From a virus: DNA of 44,781 bases. The DNA is taken from the UHGV virus genome UHGV-0214457; one strand, 5' to 3'. Positions 1 to 7,577 of this stretch are shown here, in pieces. The first letter of the stretch is position 1. Each line of letters opens with the position of its first letter. Made by a program: the position numbers and the translations under genes. The notes under the pieces were generated by a model. That model saw nothing but the letters and a program-made list of their open reading frames with translations. It ran no database searches and was not told where the DNA came from.

Positions 1-55
1 CATACAGTCTTGCTAATGTGTCGATTGCTTTTTCTTTTTCCAAATATTTTTTCAT
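1..55 (-). CDS. 5' part of a gene that runs off the window start (DUF551-like if the genome is circular)
   Basis: ATG (revcomp of 53-55) with GGAGG RBS 9 nt upstream; ATGA overlap with the stop of 52..252; the frame stays open across the window junction into 44483..44725. Confidence 0.35.
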   Translation of the reverse strand, partial: MKKYLEKEKAIDTLARLY

Positions 56-252
56 TCTCGTTCCTCCGCTAAATGTGTGTTTTGGTTACTTGGACGCCTA
101 GAAAAATCAGGACATATTTCAGTCCTATCATATGCCGGTCGGAGAAATGCTTTCGTCATAGGTAATGGATATTTCTCCATGTCCTTTATTGCTGCCATTC
201 TTTGGCGTTCTGAATTGTCACTATATTGATTTTTCATTTTGTTATCTGGCAA
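52..252 (-). CDS. hypothetical protein (66 aa)
   Basis: ORF contiguous with flanking minus-strand genes in the early operon. Confidence 0.4.
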   Translation of the reverse strand: MPDNKMKNQYSDNSERQRMAAIKDMEKYPLPMTKAFLRPAYDRTEICPDFSRRPSNQNTHLAEERE

Positions 253-253
253 T

Positions 254-505
254 TTAATTCCCCCTTGCCTGAATGTTATCCTTGGTATCGCATGTGTAAT
301 GCATTCCGGGTATTGTTATAGTTCTAGGGCATTCATCCACATAATCAATCAACCCTATCTCTTTCATATCCCGCAGATATCCCCAGATAGTAGAGCTTGA
401 CGTATATCCTACCCCGTCCCCTATTTCTCTGGTTGTGGGGGGATAATCATGCTCTAACATGTATTGCTTTACAAACACCAGGATTTTTTTATGTATTTCC
501 TTCAA
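254..505 (-). CDS. LexA N-terminal DNA-binding domain-only protein (83 aa, no S24 peptidase domain)
   Basis: YPPTTREIGDGVGYTSSSTIWGYLRDMKEIGLI closely matches the LexA winged-helix DBD (Bacillus LexA: [24 protein letters not shown]); no C-terminal Ser/Lys protease region. Confidence 0.7.
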   Translation of the reverse strand: MKEIHKKILVFVKQYMLEHDYPPTTREIGDGVGYTSSSTIWGYLRDMKEIGLIDYVDECPRTITIPGMHYTCDTKDNIQARGN

Positions 506-515
506 CTCTCCACTC

Positions 516-1361
516 CTATCCTCTCATTCCTTCTATAAGCGCTTTCCGGTTCTGCTCTGCTATCAGTTCCCTAACGGATTCTTCCGGGAATGGCAGCTGG
601 AATGTACGTTCCTTGATTCTATTGGTTATCCTGTCATCATATCGCAAGTCCTGCAGGCTTAAATTGCTGGTGTACATTGTTATCAGCTTGTCCTGGTACC
701 GGCCATTGATGATGCTGTAAAACCGTTCTCCAATCCAGTCCTTTGGAATCTCCGTTCCGAAATCATCTATCACCAAGACCTGTACAGTGGATAACGCTCT
801 TAACAGGTCGCTCTCGCTTCTGTCCTTATCATCCCATGTGGCCTTAATCTCGTTGATAATCTGCATAGAGCCGGCAAACTTAACCTGCATCCTGTATGTA
901 CTGACCATCTCGTTTGCTATGCTTGCGGCCATTCGTGTCTTGCCTGACCCCTTGGTCCCGGAATACAGGTACAGTCCCATTCCGTTGCCTTTCATTTCAT
1001 CCAGGTTATCCAGATAGTATTTAATGGCTGCCCCGGTATTCCTGATTACCTTCCGGCTCTCATCCTTCCGGTATACCCCCAGGTCGAAGGAACGGATATC
1101 AAGGTTTCTAAATGCCTCAGGTATATTGGCAAATTCCAATTTCCTGTTCGCAATCTGTCGTTCCACCAAACCACAGTCACATCTATATCCGCTTTCCCGG
1201 TCTTCGTCATCAAACCAGTATATCCATCCGGTGCCGTGGCATTTGGGGCAGACATCAGAAGCCATCAAACCCTTCCCCGGCTCCTTCGAGGTAGTCATCG
1301 TTGTATGTCTGCGTTCCTTCTGTATTCGGCTGAGCATTTCCTGCAATGGGTCCATCTCCAT
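516..1361 (-). CDS. DnaC/IstB-like AAA+ helicase loader with N-terminal zinc ribbon
   Basis: Walker A YSGTKGSGKTRMAASI, Walker B VLVIDDFGTE, CPKCHGTGW..CDCG zinc ribbon; the true start may be M33 (~1265), because the first 107 nt overlap the upstream gene. Confidence 0.8.
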   Translation of the reverse strand: MEMDPLQEMLSRIQKERRHTTMTTSKEPGKGLMASDVCPKCHGTGWIYWFDDEDRESGYRCDCGLVERQIANRKLEFANIPEAFRNLDIRSFDLGVYRKDESRKVIRNTGAAIKYYLDNLDEMKGNGMGLYLYSGTKGSGKTRMAASIANEMVSTYRMQVKFAGSMQIINEIKATWDDKDRSESDLLRALSTVQVLVIDDFGTEIPKDWIGERFYSIINGRYQDKLITMYTSNLSLQDLRYDDRITNRIKERTFQLPFPEESVRELIAEQNRKALIEGMRG

Positions 1362-1989
1362 CTCCTTTCAGGTAATCCGCAAACGGCGTATTTGGGCCAA
1401 AAAAGGTAGCCGCATGTTTGATATACCGTTCTTCCGTGTGCATACTTTTACAATCATCAGCGTATCTTTTAACTGCTGTTTCCAGCTCGTCCTCTGAAAA
1501 TCCATCAGATAAGCGCGCCTTATATGCCTTATAGGCCGCTGCTTTCTCTTTTTTTCTCGGGTACGCTTGCCACATCTGCTCAAAACGCACACAATAGTTT
1601 TTTTTATCTTTTACATTATCATTTACATTATCATTTACATTATCATTATCATTTACATTATCATGTTTTTTTGCTTCTGTTTGCTTTTCAAAAAAACCAT
1701 TTGCTTTTTTTGCTTCTTCCGGTTTATCAGAAGAAGCACTACCTTTTGGCCTTCCTCCAAGTTTCCCAGCTTCTCTTCTGGATTCTATCATCTTCTGGTA
1801 CTTCTGATTATCTCTATCAAGCTGAGCCTTAATAAAGCTAAAAGCCATTTGTGTCATTCCATCCATCTGAGGAAGTTCCTTGTCTGCTGCATATAACATG
1901 ATAGCAGTAAACAGATTTCCTCTCTGCTCCATATTTAGCAGTGATATTTGGTCTATATTCGCTGTATACATTACAAAACTGTCTCTCAT
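1255..1989 (-). CDS. phage replisome organizer / DnaD-like replication protein (DUF4373-like N-terminus, Phg_2220_C-like C-terminus)
   Basis: C-terminal FEQMWQAYPRKKEK...RYIKHAATFFGPNTPFADYL motif; internal DNVNDN repeat tract; sits immediately upstream of the DnaC-like loader. Confidence 0.7.
   Translation of the reverse strand: MRDSFVMYTANIDQISLLNMEQRGNLFTAIMLYAADKELPQMDGMTQMAFSFIKAQLDRDNQKYQKMIESRREAGKLGGRPKGSASSDKPEEAKKANGFFEKQTEAKKHDNVNDNDNVNDNVNDNVKDKKNYCVRFEQMWQAYPRKKEKAAAYKAYKARLSDGFSEDELETAVKRYADDCKSMHTEERYIKHAATFFGPNTPFADYLKGDGDGPIAGNAQPNTEGTQTYNDDYLEGAGEGFDGF
1609..1662. repeat. tandem 12-bp direct repeats (ATTTACATTATC, ~4.5 copies) inside the replisome-organizer gene; candidate iteron origin
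   Basis: read directly: ttttacattatc atttacattatc atttacattatc attatc atttacattatc, followed by an AT-rich tract. Confidence 0.6.
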
Positions 1990-2369
1990 AATCCTGCACC
2001 AAACATACTCAATTGCCCAGGAAATCCGGTATCTTTTCTTTTAGTGTTCTTATTTTTTTTTATAAAGAGCTGTGCGCCACGCTCTGCCGCCTTTATGCTC
2101 TCTATCCGGCTATTCTGGCTTTCAATCCATTTATAGGCTTCCTGCCGCCCTTGTGCATCATCAGGAGGTATATAGTAACCTTTCCCTTTCGACAATGTAA
2201 GAATCACCTTATCGTGTCTTAACATTTCAATCGCGGTTCGTATGTCTCTATCTTCTTCTCCTGTCTTAGATACCAGTTCATCTCGGTTCAATGCATTCTC
2301 TTTTCCTACAAGGAGCACATTATATACCCTTGCCTGAACTTCTTCGCTAACAGTTCGTTTATTCTTCAA
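1986..2369 (-). CDS. hypothetical protein, possible winged-helix (127 aa)
   Basis: TTG start with AGGAGGG RBS 7 nt upstream. Confidence 0.5.
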   Translation of the reverse strand: MKNKRTVSEEVQARVYNVLLVGKENALNRDELVSKTGEEDRDIRTAIEMLRHDKVILTLSKGKGYYIPPDDAQGRQEAYKWIESQNSRIESIKAAERGAQLFIKKNKNTKRKDTGFPGQLSMFGAGL

Positions 2370-2520
2370 ATAATCCCTCCTTTCGGGCCGGGTAAAGGAG
2401 GTTTGACAGGTCCCGGCCCAGGGTCAGAAAGTATATCGTGACATATCAGCATTCTGACCAGTACTCATTTCCGTTGTATGTATCATCCCGCAAGGGGAAT
2501 AGATACCAAAAATGTCAGTT

Positions 2521-2733
2521 TTATGGCTTAAACTTAAATGCATGACCTATTCCGATTCCATATCTTCCGAATACCAATGCTTTTCCATATTCTGCATTCC
2601 ATATTTCTATGTATTTCTTTGGATTTGTATGTTCGGCTTTGGTAATCCATATTAAAGCAAACTTCCAAACCCACAAAATATAAAAATCTCTCCATTTTAC
2701 TTTAAAAATAAAAGGATGTTTCCTATCAATCAT
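2521..2733 (-). CDS. hypothetical protein (70 aa)
   Basis: ORF only. Confidence 0.3.
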   Translation of the reverse strand: MIDRKHPFIFKVKWRDFYILWVWKFALIWITKAEHTNPKKYIEIWNAEYGKALVFGRYGIGIGHAFKFKP

Positions 2734-2760
2734 AACTTTCCTCCGGTTATCCCAGAAATT

Positions 2761-3438
2761 TTAATTATCAAACTTGATTCCGTACACCTTATATCTGTCC
2801 TCAAACGCTGTCATACCAATGCTATGCGCTTCTGTATGGTGCTGCCGGCATAAGCATATTTTCCGGTACTCCGAATCATCAACCTTCCTCCGGTCATTAC
2901 CCATGCCGATAGTATCTACATGATGTATCTCTCCATCTCGACCGCATATAGCACACTTACGAAGCTTTAAACACGCATACAGGTAATGTCCTATATCATC
3001 GGTACGGTTAAGGGCGAAATCCAACAACGGTATTCCCTGCTCCAGCGCATAATCCAACATAGTATTGATAAATTCCCTGGCAGTATCCATAGAGCAATCA
3101 GACAGTGAAAAATATCCGCATCCGGTCCGGTTGATATGTAAATACTTAAGCCATTCTTTCTCTACCTCAGGCACGTTCCCGGAATAGGCGGAGATGTCAT
3201 TAACTGTGGCATAAATCTTTTTGCGCTGGTCTGCACTTATATGTCTACCATCGTCAAGCCATACACTGCATCTATTCATGTGCTTATCAACGATTGGTTC
3301 CATAAGATTTTTTCCAGGAATAAATATCTTTAGATACGTTCCCTCTGGAACAAGCTTGTATGCTATTATGTCTGCTGCCTCATGCATATAATCACCTCTT
3401 TGGGTCATTCCATGGTAGTTCACTATCCTGCATATCAT
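2761..3438 (-). CDS. HNH-type nuclease domain protein (DUF968-like)
   Basis: C-terminal CAICGRDGEIHHVDTIGMGNDRR...CLCRQHHTEAH (Cys pair plus His-Me-like motif). Confidence 0.5.
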   Translation of the reverse strand: MICRIVNYHGMTQRGDYMHEAADIIAYKLVPEGTYLKIFIPGKNLMEPIVDKHMNRCSVWLDDGRHISADQRKKIYATVNDISAYSGNVPEVEKEWLKYLHINRTGCGYFSLSDCSMDTAREFINTMLDYALEQGIPLLDFALNRTDDIGHYLYACLKLRKCAICGRDGEIHHVDTIGMGNDRRKVDDSEYRKICLCRQHHTEAHSIGMTAFEDRYKVYGIKFDN

Positions 3439-4075
3439 TCGGTGGCTGCATTACTAACTCCTTATCTGGATGTTCTTTCAGCTTTTTAATTGTTTCATTT
3501 GCCTGGGAATTAGTCATATCATGAATATCAGTCAGTCCATACTTTGATAGCACATTCTTAATCCCTATTCCTGTCCGTTTCAGCTCCAGGAATATTTCAT
3601 TGATATCAGATTCAGTAATCAAATCTGGACTATTCTGCTTGTTATATTTAGTTCTATCTGAATCCCAATAAACATCAGCACCAATTCCAAGCTGCTTACA
3701 CGCTACCGATATAGCATCTGTGGTTGCCATTTTATAGCATTCGTCCGAAACATATATGCCGGATTTCTCTTTTGATGCAAACATGCTGCCGCCGTTTCCG
3801 GGAATTGGTTTAGACCATTCCCCGTCAACCTTTATGTATAATTCGATATCCACAAAAGCCGCTATCTCATTTCCTGATGTTTCTAACCACTTTCGTGTAG
3901 GTATGTAGTACCACCCTATCCCACATGGCCCGAACTGCTCAGTAAGGACTTTTATGCGCCACATAGGGTTAATATCGGTCATACCGCTGGTACGACCTCC
4001 CTTAATGGTTTTCTTAGCGCTATCTGGAACAGAACGGACCTTTTGGTATAAGTCAAGATTTTCCATACACAACAC
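3392..4075 (-). CDS. single-strand annealing protein (ERF/Rad52-like recombinase)
   Basis: motif TTDAISVACKQLGIGADVYW; sits directly before a Gp157-family gene, as in Sak/ERF modules. Confidence 0.6.
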   Translation of the reverse strand: MLCMENLDLYQKVRSVPDSAKKTIKGGRTSGMTDINPMWRIKVLTEQFGPCGIGWYYIPTRKWLETSGNEIAAFVDIELYIKVDGEWSKPIPGNGGSMFASKEKSGIYVSDECYKMATTDAISVACKQLGIGADVYWDSDRTKYNKQNSPDLITESDINEIFLELKRTGIGIKNVLSKYGLTDIHDMTNSQANETIKKLKEHPDKELVMQPPNDMQDSELPWNDPKR

Positions 4076-4537
4076 CTACTTAATCTGTATATTCTGTTTC
4101 TGTTCAATATGCGCCCCTGGAACTGTAAGACCTCCTTTTATGGCTTCTTTAATTTTGGTTTTGCTCGGTTCCGGCTCCTTGGCAACAAGGTATTCTGTAG
4201 GGATATTAGATGTATCCTCAATCACAACCGATTCTGATTTACGGTAAGATATTGAAATTCTCGCCGTTTTGAACTTCTCACCGTCAAGATATCCAGATAA
4301 GTATTCCTTAAGCCGTTCGGCCTGATTACCTGCGGCTACTTTTCTTGCATTAAGATTTTTAATTTCAGAATCAATGGCACCCTCCTCCGCTTTGAGATTT
4401 TTGTACCAGCAAGCTATATTCTCAATCTTCTTTTCCTTTTCCATCTGGAGTCGGTCCAGACGTCCATCGTCTATGATTTCCCCTGTTTCCATGTCAACGC
4501 AACCCAATATTTCTGTATCAATTTCATATAAGTTCAT
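4076..4537 (-). CDS. siphovirus Gp157-family protein
   Basis: N-terminal MNLYEI.., coiled-coil middle, typical partner of phage SSAPs. Confidence 0.65.
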   Translation of the reverse strand: MNLYEIDTEILGCVDMETGEIIDDGRLDRLQMEKEKKIENIACWYKNLKAEEGAIDSEIKNLNARKVAAGNQAERLKEYLSGYLDGEKFKTARISISYRKSESVVIEDTSNIPTEYLVAKEPEPSKTKIKEAIKGGLTVPGAHIEQKQNIQIK

Positions 4538-4748
4538 CTACTTGTCCTCCATCTGAATATAAAGTGTAATTCTGACCCTCTGATTTGATAGGCTCCTGCA
4601 TTCTTTCTACCTTTTTCACTCGCTTAAGTTCCCTCTGATGGCATTTATCACATTCTTTCCAATGTTTCGGGTCAAGAAAACATCCACAAGAATCACATTT
4701 AGAATTATTCATCATGTGTTTTATCCTTAGGAACTTTAACCGGTACAC
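4524..4748 (-). CDS. small Cys-rich (zinc-finger-like) hypothetical protein
   Basis: CDSCGC...CDKCH. Confidence 0.4.
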   Translation of the reverse strand: MYRLKFLRIKHMMNNSKCDSCGCFLDPKHWKECDKCHQRELKRVKKVERMQEPIKSEGQNYTLYSDGGQVDELI

Positions 4749-4902
4749 CTCTCAAAATACCGACCAGCACATTACGACTGGCATATTCATCGTTATCCAA
4801 AAAAATCAAAGCTGCATTTACCCGACCTTCAAGCTCAATAAGCTTTCTATATTCATTAGCAGAAATTTCAACCATTCTTTCTTCCATCTTGAAAACCTCC
4901 AT
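4705..4902 (-). CDS. hypothetical protein
   Basis: ORF in the operon. Confidence 0.35.
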   Translation of the reverse strand: MEVFKMEERMVEISANEYRKLIELEGRVNAALIFLDNDEYASRNVLVGILRGVPVKVPKDKTHDE

Positions 4903-5074
4903 AATCTCTGATATAATCAGACTGAGTTATTTTTTGTATCCGGTCGTTTAGCTCTGTCAAGCTGACGACCTTTTTTATTGGCTTACCATATCCGGTGTAC
5001 CGACTAGCATTTATCATTGCCCCGGCCCGGTTGGTTCCATTGCGGCGGCGGCTCATAATATCACCGCCATGCAT
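4868..5074 (-). CDS. hypothetical protein
   Basis: ORF in the operon. Confidence 0.35.
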   Translation of the reverse strand: MHGGDIMSRRRNGTNRAGAMINASRYTGYGKPIKKVVSLTELNDRIQKITQSDYIRDYGGFQDGRKNG

Positions 5075-5179
5075 ATCACCAGCAATCCGCTTAAGACCAT
5101 CACCGCAGCGGTTAAACCGCGAATAATCATCCGGTCTTTCTGCCGCGGGCTTAAGTGTGTTTTTCCGACAGGTATGTAT

Positions 5180-5407
5180 TTAAGCTGTTTCAACAAATTT
5201 CATCTCCTTCCCGGTCAATTGCAGAAGTATCTGCAATTTTTCTATTGTCAGTTTTTGAGGGTTGGCTTTACGCTCTCTAAACGAGCTTGTGCAAAACCCC
5301 AAATACAAGGCCAGCTCATTATCATCAAAGTTATTTCTTATTTTGGCTTCTTCTATCAGTAGCCGTATGCTGTCCTTTTGCCATTCTGACGGCTTCTTAG
5401 ATTTCAC
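5180..5407 (-). CDS. hypothetical protein, possible HTH
   Basis: ORF; LALYLGFCTSSFRERK helix-like segment. Confidence 0.4.
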   Translation of the reverse strand: MKSKKPSEWQKDSIRLLIEEAKIRNNFDDNELALYLGFCTSSFRERKANPQKLTIEKLQILLQLTGKEMKFVETA

Positions 5408-5427
5408 TCTTACTTCCTCCTTAATTG

Positions 5428-5616
5428 CTAATCTTGCATCTTAGCAAAACGCTCAATATCAGTTACGCGACATTTAAAAGCTAAAGTGCCGTCTCTATCA
5501 TATAATGTTAAAAAATTTGCCTCATCTTCGATATCAACGTTGGAAAAATAGAATTCATTGCAATCAATTCCCTTTGCAAAACATTCATGAGTCTTTACAT
5601 ATACGCTTTTATACAT
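5428..5616 (-). CDS. hypothetical protein
   Basis: ORF. Confidence 0.35.
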   Translation of the reverse strand: MYKSVYVKTHECFAKGIDCNEFYFSNVDIEDEANFLTLYDRDGTLAFKCRVTDIERFAKMQD

Positions 5617-5655
5617 AATTTTTGCAACCTCCTTTTAAAATCTTAATTTGAATAC

Positions 5656-6066
5656 TCAGCACTTCTTCCCCGGTTCTGGCCGGTATGGTTCCGGCAGTGG
5701 CATCCATGCAACAACACTTTTCATTTCTTCTCTCCATGCCTTATTTTCGCTATTATCACCGTCAGCAACTATGAACCATTTTTCGCATTCATAATAGCAG
5801 TATTCAATATCGTATCCTCCAAATTGTTTTGCAAATGTTACAAGGAAAAATTTTGGTTCATCCGGCAACTGTTCCGATACTGGAATCCATCTTCGACTCT
5901 TCTTTTCTTCCAAAACAGTTATTGCCTCTTCGATAGCATAGTCTTCGGGTTCTGGATATACATATCTATGCCCAGACGCAAAAGCCGGAGCACCAATCAT
6001 ATCTGCATAATCCTGTAATGGATTTTGCATACCTTTTAGTAATTCTATTGCTTCTTGCTCTTTCAT
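5656..6066 (-). CDS. DUF551-domain phage protein
   Basis: C-terminal ...AWMPLPEPYRPE; paralog of 44483..44725. Confidence 0.6.
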   Translation of the reverse strand: MKEQEAIELLKGMQNPLQDYADMIGAPAFASGHRYVYPEPEDYAIEEAITVLEEKKSRRWIPVSEQLPDEPKFFLVTFAKQFGGYDIEYCYYECEKWFIVADGDNSENKAWREEMKSVVAWMPLPEPYRPEPGKKC

Positions 6067-6100
6067 ATAGTTTCTCCTTTTCCATAGTTAAATGTTAAGT

Positions 6101-6190
6101 TGGCGGCGGCCGGAGTCGAACCGGCACCCTCTTACTTTCCACCATGGTTATGCCAGGAATCGAACCTGGACCTGTGTGCCACACACCGCC
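6101..6190 (-). tRNA. 90-nt tRNA-like RNA (class-II-like or atypical): 7-bp acceptor stem plus two consensus T-arm hairpins; anticodon unresolved
   Basis: minus-strand sequence GGCGGTG...CCAGGTTCGATTCCTGG...GCCGGTTCGACTCCGGC CGCCGCC A; acceptor 5'-GGCGGTG pairs with CGCCGCC-3' (6 G-C and 1 G-U), discriminator A, CCA not encoded. Confidence 0.5.
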
Positions 6191-6191
6191 A

Positions 6192-6290
6192 TTAACTCTT
6201 AAAATACTGGTAAAGCGCTATTGCTATAATTATTAGTATCTCTGCAAAAACAGTGCAAACAACTCCTGCTAAAAATGGATTGATGTACAT
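6192..6290 (-). CDS. 32-aa hydrophobic peptide MYINPFLAGVVCTVFAEILIIIAIALYQYFKS (membrane peptide; type I toxin-like or holin-like)
   Basis: AGGAGA RBS 7 nt upstream of the ATG; a single TM-like helix; absent from the ORF track because it is under 60 aa. Confidence 0.35.
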   Translation of the reverse strand: MYINPFLAGVVCTVFAEILIIIAIALYQYFKS

Positions 6291-6339
6291 CGTTTATCTC
6301 CTTCTCTTCCTCTTGATTCCCCGGCTCTTGCCGTTCTTT

Positions 6340-6606
6340 TTAATCCTGGCTCTCTGTCCCATTCTCTAAGTCTCCTTGTGTTCCTGTATTGATGTTGTTC
6401 AGTCCAGTGCCATCCTGGGAAACATAGTCATATGTACCCGCGGTATAAAGCCATGCAGCATTGGTGCCTATCAGCGCCGCCAGTGTTACCAGGAACACTA
6501 TAAACCAATGCTTTGCATTCCTCTTGCTCTGCTCGATTACCTCTACAGCAAAATACTGCTCCAGCCCTTCCCATGTTGGCTTGTCCTTCTGGTTTTCAAT
6601 GTTCAT
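6340..6606 (-). CDS. small membrane protein (88 aa, one TM)
   Basis: HWFIVFLVTLAALIGTNAAWLY hydrophobic segment. Confidence 0.45.
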   Translation of the reverse strand: MNIENQKDKPTWEGLEQYFAVEVIEQSKRNAKHWFIVFLVTLAALIGTNAAWLYTAGTYDYVSQDGTGLNNINTGTQGDLENGTESQD

Positions 6607-6660
6607 AAATATTTTCCTCCTGCGCTTGCGTAATACAGGAGAAAATGGTAAAATATTCCT

Positions 6661-6741
6661 GTATCCGCATTAGTTTGGGTAATGTGTGATACTGGGGTTA
6701 TCTGTGTTCGAGACAGGTAGCCCCACTTTTATTTTCTTTCC
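6661..6741 (+). ncRNA. candidate small RNA: sigma-A-like promoter (TTGCGT-17-TAAAAT at 6626-6654) followed by a rho-independent terminator (6694-6741)
   Basis: read directly; stem GGGGTTATCTGT/ACAGGTAGCCCC followed by ACTTTTATTTTCTTTCC; no plausible ORF between them; antisense to the 3' end of 6698..7030. Confidence 0.35.
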
Positions 6742-7030
6742 TTGCTTCTGCGACTTCCTTTATTAAGAAGTCCAGCCACGGATATTTCTCTGATTGCATA
6801 TGTACAAGTTCATCAAACGATTTATCACTAAGTGATATGCAATCATTATAAAATTGAGTTCCTAATAAAATAGTCTTTCCTCCTTTTTCGCATCTTCCTG
6901 CGAAAATCCAATGCTTGTCTTTTTTCTCCCCCTGTCCTATACTGTATTTATAGGCGTTGCCGCGCCAAGTACATAAGAAAGGAGATAATATGTCTGAAAA
7001 CGCACTGTTGCTTCTTCGTAAAATGGCCAA
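6698..7030 (-). CDS. hypothetical protein (doubtful start)
   Basis: ORF with a TTG start and no RBS; overlaps the plus-strand gene 6990..7196. Confidence 0.3.
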   Translation of the reverse strand: MAILRRSNSAFSDILSPFLCTWRGNAYKYSIGQGEKKDKHWIFAGRCEKGGKTILLGTQFYNDCISLSDKSFDELVHMQSEKYPWLDFLIKEVAEARKENKSGATCLEHR

Positions 7031-7196
7031 TGAATTTGATAAAACGAAGCGTCAATCTTTTGATTCTGATTTTTATATTGCTTTCTCTGATAGAATTATT
7101 AATGAATTAGAATCATATGGATATATCATTTGCCGAAATGATGTTATAGCTTCAATAGAATTAACGTCTGCCGGATACGAAAAGGCAACCAATTAA
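6990..7196 (+). CDS. hypothetical 68-aa protein with its own promoter (moron-like)
   Basis: AGGAGA RBS plus ATG at 6990; promoter TTGTCT-17-TATACT at 6915-6943. Confidence 0.45.
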   Translation: MSENALLLLRKMANEFDKTKRQSFDSDFYIAFSDRIINELESYGYIICRNDVIASIELTSAGYEKATN

Positions 7197-7438
7197 TTCC
7201 TAAGAGCCGTCTTGTCGGGCGGCTCTACTCCAATCAGAGTATTTGTTACCCTATCAACCTTACCATCTTCCAAAAATTCAAAATCATTCAAGTTAAAAGA
7301 CATGGCAATTTCTGGATTCCTACCTGCTTCATGAACATAAGAAACGGATGAAATACCTTTCCCTATAGATTTTCCACATAATTCAAAATAGGTATGTTTT
7401 CCATCGCTCACCAATCTAAACTTTGGTCCATTCATCAT
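7193..7438 (-). CDS. hypothetical protein (81 aa)
   Basis: ORF convergent with 6990..7196 with a 4-bp overlap. Confidence 0.45.
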   Translation of the reverse strand: MMNGPKFRLVSDGKHTYFELCGKSIGKGISSVSYVHEAGRNPEIAMSFNLNDFEFLEDGKVDRVTNTLIGVEPPDKTALRN

Positions 7439-7577
7439 CTTTCACCTCCTTTAAGAAATACGATTGTTAGAGCGCCTGGAATCATCAAGAAATTTAACAG
7501 CCTTTACAATCTGCGCTTTGTTGCATGTAATCGCAACCTTAAACAAGTTAAGAAGCCCAAGGTTATTTTGTAATACT

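Noticed and set aside
397-720. Plus-strand ORFs in the track that overlap minus-strand genes (e.g. 397..720, 787..1497, 18634..20448, 25710..26312, 41454..42269)
   Set aside because: They lie antisense to well-supported minus-strand genes, have low-complexity or Cys/Ser-rich translations and lack RBSs. They are frame shadows typical of a strongly one-strand-coding genome.
1609-1662. Possible CRISPR array
   Set aside because: The repeat unit is only 12 bp, has no spacers and lies inside a coding sequence. It is iteron-like, not CRISPR-like.
6140-6190. Second T-arm hairpin as a separate tRNA gene
   Set aside because: There is no matching 5' acceptor strand upstream. The only consistent pairing is a single 90-nt molecule whose ends form one acceptor stem.
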